Virus record (IMG/VR): IMGVR_UViG_3300037586_005524
Coordinates: 1 to 64,000 of that record
DNA length: 64,000 nt
Origin: a virus
Direction: 5' to 3' (one strand)
The position numbers and the translations under genes are program-made. Below are positions 57,829-64,000 of this stretch, piece by piece (positions within the stretch are counted from its first letter, which is position 1; each line of letters starts with the position of its first letter). Below the pieces are notes generated by a model. It made no database searches and had not been told where the DNA came from. It was given only the letters and a program-made list of their open reading frames with translations.

Positions 57829-59444
57829 TTTTTCCTCACTAATAAATTTACATCATAAAAATACAGATAGTCAATGTTTGTTCTCAAAAAACAATCTAGT
57901 GCATGTTCTGCTGTTTCACAAATTGGTTCCCTATCATTAAAGCTTGTATTCAAAACAATTGGGACTCCAGATTTATTATACCATTTTTTAATAAAATTAT
58001 AATACCATTTATTATCATTTTCTGTGACAGTCTGCAATCTAGCAGTTCCATTTAAATGCACAACTGCTGGTACTTTATTTTTTGCCTCTTCTTTGAACTC
58101 CAAAACAAAGCTCATATATGGACTATTTTTATCTTTTGTGAACCAATTTTTGACTTCTTCGCGAAGAATAGATGGTGCGAAAGGCCTAAACCACTGTCTA
58201 TGTTTTACTTTTTCATTAATGAGGTCCTTCATATTAGGACTTCTAGGATCTGCCAAAATGCTTCTATTCCCCAAAGCTCTTCGTCCGGACTCTGAGCCTC
58301 CTCCAAAAACTGCAACAATTTTTTGTTCATCCAGCAAATCAACTACTTTATCGTCGGTACACTTCTCATATAAAATATTATCCTGTTTTTTTAAGGCTTC
58401 TTCGACATTGTTATATCCAAAACCAAGATAAGGCGTGAAGTTGTCCTTCCACTCAATTCGTGGATTGTCCAGCACTTGATGCCAAAGATATTGGGCTGCA
58501 CCAATTGTTAGACCGCCATCATGAGGAGTTGGTGTTACATATATACTTTTTATTTGTGGGAACCAATCAAACATTTTTCCTACAGCTACCGAATTTAAGC
58601 TTACGCCACCAGAAAGACAAATATTTTCAATGCCCTCTATCTGATTTAAAAGGCTTTCAAACATTTCTCTAATATAATCTTCTGTGGCTCTTTGAAGACC
58701 TGCGGCTAAATCAAATTTAGCTTGTTCGCTTTCTTTTGCTATTTCTGCCCATTTATTTAAGTAAGGGTGTGCAGGGTCATTTCCAGTGTTTGCCCCACGA
58801 GGTTGATCTGCGGGCTTATGAGTTGCTGCAGCAAGGTCGAAAGTAAGCATTCTAAAGAAATCGTTTTTATACTTTTCTGGGTTTCCCATCGCGGCCATGG
58901 CCATGACTGTTCCGGCTTGATGTCCTCGGGGCCAACCAGATTGAAGATTAAAAATATAGCGCGTGCACCTTGTCCAAACTCCTCCAATATTTACCAAGTT
59001 AATTGGATAAGTGTGCACATGCTCTATTTTGTTTCCCTTCCCTTTCCACACCGTAAAAGCTGTTGCGAAATTATCTTTTGACTCAAAGCCTCCGCCATCG
59101 ATGGTTACAATTAAGGCGTTGTCTAGGTTACTAGAAAAAAATGCATTGGCTGCATGGCATTGATGGTGCCCATAAACATGTAAATGGCCGCCATTTTTCT
59201 CAGCAGTCTCCATTATTTTTTGATATGATTCTTCATAGCTTTTTAGTTTTTTTACAGAATAACAAGTCGCAAAATGTTGAATCTCGTTATAATTTTCATA
59301 TTCATCAAATAAAAATTGTGCACTATCTCCTGCAGGCTCTTTTTCTCTAATATATCTTTCATATTCTGCATGTACAAGAGGTTTTCCATCTTCCAATACG
59401 CAAAATGAACAATCATGCCCAGACCATATACCAGCTATTTTCAT
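57825..59444 (-). CDS. O-carbamoyltransferase (NodU/CmcH/TobZ family)
   Basis: GHDCS, EYERYIREK, HHQCHAA, IDGGG, SGGVSLN, GRRALGNRSILADP, RPFAPS, LNTSFN. Confidence 0.95.
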   Translation of the reverse strand: MKIAGIWSGHDCSFCVLEDGKPLVHAEYERYIREKEPAGDSAQFLFDEYENYNEIQHFATCYSVKKLKSYEESYQKIMETAEKNGGHLHVYGHHQCHAANAFFSSNLDNALIVTIDGGGFESKDNFATAFTVWKGKGNKIEHVHTYPINLVNIGGVWTRCTRYIFNLQSGWPRGHQAGTVMAMAAMGNPEKYKNDFFRMLTFDLAAATHKPADQPRGANTGNDPAHPYLNKWAEIAKESEQAKFDLAAGLQRATEDYIREMFESLLNQIEGIENICLSGGVSLNSVAVGKMFDWFPQIKSIYVTPTPHDGGLTIGAAQYLWHQVLDNPRIEWKDNFTPYLGFGYNNVEEALKKQDNILYEKCTDDKVVDLLDEQKIVAVFGGGSESGRRALGNRSILADPRSPNMKDLINEKVKHRQWFRPFAPSILREEVKNWFTKDKNSPYMSFVLEFKEEAKNKVPAVVHLNGTARLQTVTENDNKWYYNFIKKWYNKSGVPIVLNTSFNDREPICETAEHALDCFLRTNIDYLYFYDVNLLVRKK

Positions 59445-59459
59445 TATTACACCTTTTCC

Positions 59460-60392
59460 TTAAGATATTATTTCATAAGATACATTTTCTGTTTCAATAG
59501 GCCAATTAATTGGGTTCTTCTTCCAGTTGCCGCACTCATCAATTGGTAACTCCCAATCGCCATTTGCGATTGCTATTTCTTCAATAGAAAATGGTCTATG
59601 ATCGTGAAATACAAAATCTTTTTTATCAACCCATTGATAATATAAATTGTCTTTTAGTGCTTCCCAATATAATCCATATCTAACATTTCCTCTCACGCGG
59701 CCTTGAGTCCCTCGCGGGTCTGTAAATATGGCAACAGAAGCTGGAAACCAGGGAACAAAAACTTTTTTACGACCATGAAAATGTGCGTTCCCCATTGTGG
59801 AAAAAAGATCTTCAGCATTGATGTTTCCATCAACTTTCCAACCTCCCATTGTATCCAAACATTCTTTATTATAAAAACAATCTCCTGCTCCTGGAATAAC
59901 TTTATGTTTTTGTATTGCAAAAATAGAATTACTCATTTTATGTTTTTCGTACTGTTCATTTTCTAAACGAACTTTACGTTGGGCGTCTAGCATTACAACA
60001 AAAACATCATCCCGAGAATCTAAGAAGTCAACATATTCATTTAACCAGCCTTTTCTGATAAATTGTGTATCTCCTTGTAACGGGACAATATATTCGCCAC
60101 TTGCAGTTTGATGAAACAAATTTAGTGCTGCTGAGAACTCATCGATAACGTCTTTTATTTTTCCAATATCTTTTTTTTCTTTAGATCTGGTTTCTTCTTG
60201 ATTAATAATTGTCCAGCCGCGATCTTTTAATGTTTGCAAATATTCTTGTGTACCCTTTTCTTTACTATTGTCGTCAATGCAGATAAATTCTAATTCATCA
60301 TCATAATCTTTTACTGACTCCATTAAAGATTCGGCACAGCTTTTTAAATAAAAAAGTCTGTTATAGTTAACGATCCCAAAAGAAATTTTCAT
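59460..60392 (-). CDS. glycosyltransferase family 2-like
   Basis: IVNYNR, ICIDDNS, GEYIVPLQGD. Confidence 0.78.
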   Translation of the reverse strand: MKISFGIVNYNRLFYLKSCAESLMESVKDYDDELEFICIDDNSKEKGTQEYLQTLKDRGWTIINQEETRSKEKKDIGKIKDVIDEFSAALNLFHQTASGEYIVPLQGDTQFIRKGWLNEYVDFLDSRDDVFVVMLDAQRKVRLENEQYEKHKMSNSIFAIQKHKVIPGAGDCFYNKECLDTMGGWKVDGNINAEDLFSTMGNAHFHGRKKVFVPWFPASVAIFTDPRGTQGRVRGNVRYGLYWEALKDNLYYQWVDKKDFVFHDHRPFSIEEIAIANGDWELPIDECGNWKKNPINWPIETENVSYEIIS

Positions 60393-60393
60393 A

Positions 60394-61191
60394 TCACTCC
60401 TCTCTCATCCCCTCAAATACCGTTGTTTTATACTTTGAATTTTCTTCTAATAACATTTCAAAAAATCCTACATCTAGTTTTAAATTTTTTACCATGGCTG
60501 CTATAGTTCTTGTATCTTTTGGCAAACACGGCCCACCAAAACCTCTAAAATCTTCATTGCAGTTCAAATAAACATCATTAATATGATTTCTTTGTGTTAT
60601 TGTGTTTTTTATTTTAGTATAATCGGCGCCGGCGGCCTTGCATACTTCATAAAAGCTATTTGCAAAAGTTACCAAAGTTGCATTATAAATATTATTGAAA
60701 TATTTAATAAATTCTGCTTCTAAAGGAGATAGTTGTACAAACTTTTTTGGATAATATCCATGTACATTTTTTAACATTTCATATGTCGAGAAATTATCAG
60801 TGCCTATAACACACAAATCATGATTATCAATAAAATCTGCAACTGCACATCTTTCTCTAAGAAATTCCGGAATAAAGCATAATTCTAAGTTTGGATACGT
60901 TTTTGAAAATTTATTTATAGTTCCAGGAGCAACTGTAGATTTTATAGCAACAATTCCTTCATAATTATATTCATTTAAATCATCTACTACCATTTCAACA
61001 ATGTCAGTGTCGCACTCTCCATTTTCTTTAGATGGAGTTGGAACACAAACAAAACAGATATCAGTATCAAGCACATCTCTAATAGAAGAATCATATTTTA
61101 TATCATGCACTCTCATATTATGACCTAATTTTTTTAATCCTTCATGGACGGCGGCGCCAACTATGCCGGCGCCAATAATACCAATTTTCAT
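60394..61191 (-). CDS. UDP-glucose/GDP-mannose 6-dehydrogenase family (short form), second copy
   Basis: IIGAGIVG, VPTP, KSTVAPG, PEFLRE, GFGGPCLPKD; start MKIG after GGAG. Confidence 0.9.
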   Translation of the reverse strand: MKIGIIGAGIVGAAVHEGLKKLGHNMRVHDIKYDSSIRDVLDTDICFVCVPTPSKENGECDTDIVEMVVDDLNEYNYEGIVAIKSTVAPGTINKFSKTYPNLELCFIPEFLRERCAVADFIDNHDLCVIGTDNFSTYEMLKNVHGYYPKKFVQLSPLEAEFIKYFNNIYNATLVTFANSFYEVCKAAGADYTKIKNTITQRNHINDVYLNCNEDFRGFGGPCLPKDTRTIAAMVKNLKLDVGFFEMLLEENSKYKTTVFEGMREE

Positions 61192-61192
61192 A

Positions 61193-62155
61193 TTATTTTT
61201 CTCCAGAAATTTTTGTAACAATAAAAGTATAAGGACTTGGATGTGAATAAACTATTTTAAGACCTATACTCTGAACAAAATAAGAAATTTCACTAGGATC
61301 ATAAGTCCATATATATGGAGTTGTACAATCTTCTAAATGTAGTGCTTCTTCAATTTTTTTTATAGAATATTTTTTACATAATTTTTTAAGGCCGCTTATC
61401 ATATTCGAGTATTTTGTGTCTTTAACCAAAAGCATATCTTTTAAGCTTTTTTGTTTTTTTTCATAATGCCATAATTTTCCTATAATTTTTAAAAACTCAT
61501 AAGTGTTTTCTAAACTTTCATTTAAAAATATTTCTCTTATATCCCAAGTGATTTGTGGGACATCGTTATCAGTAAAAAAATTAAAAATTAAAAACCCATT
61601 TGGTTTCAGTAAGTGTGACAAATCTTTTAATGTTTTTTTATAATCGCGTTGATGGTGTAGCGCCATATGATGAATAATCACATCAAATTGTTCTGAATTA
61701 AATACATTTGTAATCTCTTCTATATCTGTCTGCAAAAAACAAAAATTCTCTAAAGGGTTTTTTAAATTATTTAAATTAATAATATTATTAAAAAAAATAT
61801 TTTCTTCTTTTCTATAAGGAATTCTTTTATTTTTAAGGGCCTCGTGGGTCATTTTTGGACCAACATAAGAGCCATCTGCTGCGCACACAAATTTGGCGCC
61901 TAATTCAGCCGCAACTATAGAAAATCTACCAAGGCCCGAGCATGCATCTAAAACTACTTTATCTTTAAAATTTATATTTCCTCCGGAAAACCGCAAAAAC
62001 TTTTGAATTCGAGATTTTCCCCAAGAGTCATCAAGGAAATCTCTTGATTGCAGTTCCCACATTCTATCATACAAATCATTATTTTTAGCCTTATTGTTTA
62101 CATAAACGCCTTTACAATTTTTTAAAGAATCAAAATCTTTAAATATATTAATCAT
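61193..62155 (-). CDS. class I SAM methyltransferase
   Basis: VLDACSGLG, FDVIIHHMALHH, LLKPNG. Confidence 0.85.
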   Translation of the reverse strand: MINIFKDFDSLKNCKGVYVNNKAKNNDLYDRMWELQSRDFLDDSWGKSRIQKFLRFSGGNINFKDKVVLDACSGLGRFSIVAAELGAKFVCAADGSYVGPKMTHEALKNKRIPYRKEENIFFNNIINLNNLKNPLENFCFLQTDIEEITNVFNSEQFDVIIHHMALHHQRDYKKTLKDLSHLLKPNGFLIFNFFTDNDVPQITWDIREIFLNESLENTYEFLKIIGKLWHYEKKQKSLKDMLLVKDTKYSNMISGLKKLCKKYSIKKIEEALHLEDCTTPYIWTYDPSEISYFVQSIGLKIVYSHPSPYTFIVTKISGEK

Positions 62156-63077
62156 TTTGTTCTCCTATAGTTTTTGTGAACAAGCCTGCGTACTCTTCAA
62201 CGAGATTGTGCATGTCATATCTTTTAACGTTATTATAGCAAATATTTATATCATTATTAATTGGAAAATACATATTTTTAGGTATATCTACCACACAATT
62301 TTTGTTTAAAACCGCAGTAGCCATGCCCACATCCCTCGATATTATAGGGATTTTCATTGCAGAGGCTTCTAAAATTGCTTGTGGACCTCCCTCTACTCTC
62401 GATGCAACTATATATAAATCACAACAAGCATACATATCTTTTAATGTTTCTAGTGGCGCCATCTCTATAAAGTGAAAATTAATATTTTCTTCTTCGAGGC
62501 GATTAATTATATATTGTCTTCTCCAACCGCCTAACAACACAAATAAATTGTCTTTATTAATTTTTTTAAGAGTCTCAACGAATAAATCTGGGCCTTTTTC
62601 GAGTTTTGGGCTTATTAAGTCTGAGCCTTCTGTATCCCTCTGAAAGCTTCCAACAACATAAGCATCAGCAGGAATTTTTAATTCTTCTCTAGCTTTATAT
62701 TTGTCAGTCGGGCTCCATATTTTTGAATTATACCAATATCCAATAACCTCTACTGGTTTTTTTGTCATTTTAGAAATAAAATCCTTGGTTTTTTGACAAG
62801 GAGTGTGATAACAATCTACATATTTGTCTCTTACAAGAAACTCACGAAGAGAGTCTTTACTAAACTTTTCAGGCACAACGTGGTGAATAGTAACTACAAC
62901 TTTCTTTTCAATAAGAAATTTTGCTGGTATATTCCTCCAAAGCCACGGACTAATAATCCACAACAAATTTGCATTGTTTAAATTATCTGTATGATATTGT
63001 GGTTTAAGTTCTCGCCATTCCTTGACAATTCTATCAAGAATCCAATTTTCTTTTGGTGCTAGTGAAAAAATCTTCAT
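62148..63077 (-). CDS. glycosyltransferase family 4 (GT-B)
   Basis: GSFQRD, EKGPD, DLYIVASRVEGGPQAILEA. Confidence 0.88.
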   Translation of the reverse strand: MKIFSLAPKENWILDRIVKEWRELKPQYHTDNLNNANLLWIISPWLWRNIPAKFLIEKKVVVTIHHVVPEKFSKDSLREFLVRDKYVDCYHTPCQKTKDFISKMTKKPVEVIGYWYNSKIWSPTDKYKAREELKIPADAYVVGSFQRDTEGSDLISPKLEKGPDLFVETLKKINKDNLFVLLGGWRRQYIINRLEEENINFHFIEMAPLETLKDMYACCDLYIVASRVEGGPQAILEASAMKIPIISRDVGMATAVLNKNCVVDIPKNMYFPINNDINICYNNVKRYDMHNLVEEYAGLFTKTIGEQND

Positions 63078-63939
63078 ATTTTTTTGCTACTTTCCTCATA
63101 TCATAATCGCTATCATGATTATTTTTTATTTTTTTTGTAAAGTCCATTGGTGGTGGTTCATATAATTTTACGGGCTCGAAGTCCCACTCGTCTTCTTTAA
63201 TAATAATGGCGTTTGGACCTGCTATTTCTTTTGTTCCACCTGCAGAAGAACATATGATTTGACATCCACTTGCACGAGCATCAACAACAACATTTGGACA
63301 GTGATCAAGCCACGCTAAATGTATGAAATATTTAGATCTTTTATATAAAGAAATAAGTTGTAAAATGTTTGTGTTGCCAATATAAAAGATTCTATCATCT
63401 TTTAAAATATCTTCGTTCTTTTCGCCGGCGATTACTAAACAATCTTTTTCAGAAGAGTGTTCTAAAAAATAATTCATATTCTCCGACAATCTTTTGTGTG
63501 GGCGCCAAGATGAAGCACAGCACCATACATTTTCATATTTATCTAATCGCGAATTAAAAGAGTGTGGCACTTTATCAATGTATTCAATATCAGCGCCATT
63601 GTGTATAACAATGGAATTTTTATGTTCTCCAAAATATTTTGTTATAAGCTGCTTATTAAAATTTGATTGAAAAATGGCGCCATCAGCACCGTCATAAGTC
63701 CTTTTTATGTTTGTATTCCGTATTCTGTAATTTTGCGCTGTGTTGAAATATATGCCGTCTAATCTTTGAAATAATGGTATATTATCAAAAGTACTTCTAT
63801 AAGATTCTATAAAACATAATCTTGCATCCGGGGCTTTATTTATATCAAAAGTCGTATCTAAGTATTTCATCAATTTTGAAGCAAAGTGGTTTGGCCCAGA
63901 TGTGCTTCGCAAATCAACGTTTTCTAAGTGTATATTCAT
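63034..63939 (-). CDS. glycosyltransferase family 4 (GT-B)
   Basis: QRLDG, IFQS, IHNG, WRPHKR, DHCPNVVVDARASG; related to 53558..54466. Confidence 0.88.
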   Translation of the reverse strand: MNIHLENVDLRSTSGPNHFASKLMKYLDTTFDINKAPDARLCFIESYRSTFDNIPLFQRLDGIYFNTAQNYRIRNTNIKRTYDGADGAIFQSNFNKQLITKYFGEHKNSIVIHNGADIEYIDKVPHSFNSRLDKYENVWCCASSWRPHKRLSENMNYFLEHSSEKDCLVIAGEKNEDILKDDRIFYIGNTNILQLISLYKRSKYFIHLAWLDHCPNVVVDARASGCQIICSSAGGTKEIAGPNAIIIKEDEWDFEPVKLYEPPPMDFTKKIKNNHDSDYDMRKVAKKYEDFFTSTKRKLDS

Positions 63940-64000
63940 ATTCTTGTGTATGGTTTCTTATTTCTGATTATTTGTGCTAATTCAGATTGTTTCTGTGCTT

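Noticed and set aside
831-63557. Numerous plus-strand ORFs of 60-220 aa (e.g. 49111..49776, 18260..18703, 29279..29689) and short nested minus-strand ORFs
   Set aside because: All lie within longer minus-strand genes that have clear motifs or operonic coupling; they show no RBS or domain signature and are shadow ORFs.
40401-63939. Ordinary bacterial O-antigen/capsule locus or eukaryotic giant-virus origin
   Set aside because: The cluster is contiguous and co-oriented with gp55-, gp25- and gp6-like genes, uses Shine-Dalgarno sites, and has no flippase or polymerase in view.
1-64000. CRISPR array, tRNA/rRNA genes, IS elements or integrase
   Set aside because: Intergenic gaps are under about 90 nt and no spaced direct repeats, cloverleaf boxes or transposase motifs were seen.
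1-64000. Stop-codon reassignment as found in some jumbo phages
   Set aside because: Genes are full length in the standard code, and TAA, TAG and TGA all terminate genes at sensible operon junctions.

Overview
This 64 kb window is AT-rich, densely coding and essentially all on the minus strand, and it reads as part of a jumbo myovirus-like bacteriophage genome. In transcription order (right to left) it has four parts. (1) A ~24 kb glycan biosynthesis and decoration cluster (40.4-63.9 kb): GT2/GT4 glycosyltransferases, NDP-sugar epimerases and dehydrogenases, DegT aminotransferase, cupin, methyltransferases, carbamoyltransferase, deacetylase, APS kinase plus sulfotransferase, radical SAM enzyme, and an aldolase/dehydrogenase/CMP-transferase module. 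(2) A small regulatory block with a T4 gp55-like sigma factor. (3) A ~37 kb baseplate/tail module: split gp5-like hub and spike, a 3040-aa orphan, gp25, gp6, a DNRLRE-like protein, a 3064-aa gp7/LamG-like protein and tail-collar-like proteins. (4) RuvC, three small ORFs and the start of a DNA primase. The most notable signal is a [ST]-[GAS]-S tripeptide that is very dense in four structural proteins and nearly absent from the others. Together with a glycan cluster that has no visible export machinery, this suggests a phage-encoded virion O-glycosylation system with its own sequon. Other signals are strong over-representation of GGCGCC/GCCGGC, a candidate late-promoter motif A[CG]TA[AT]TTA, two leaderless sigma70 promoters, an apparently dead amidase in the hub protein, and GC-rich patches inside structural genes. 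All calls come from motif recognition by eye; counts are manual and approximate, and no database searches were run.
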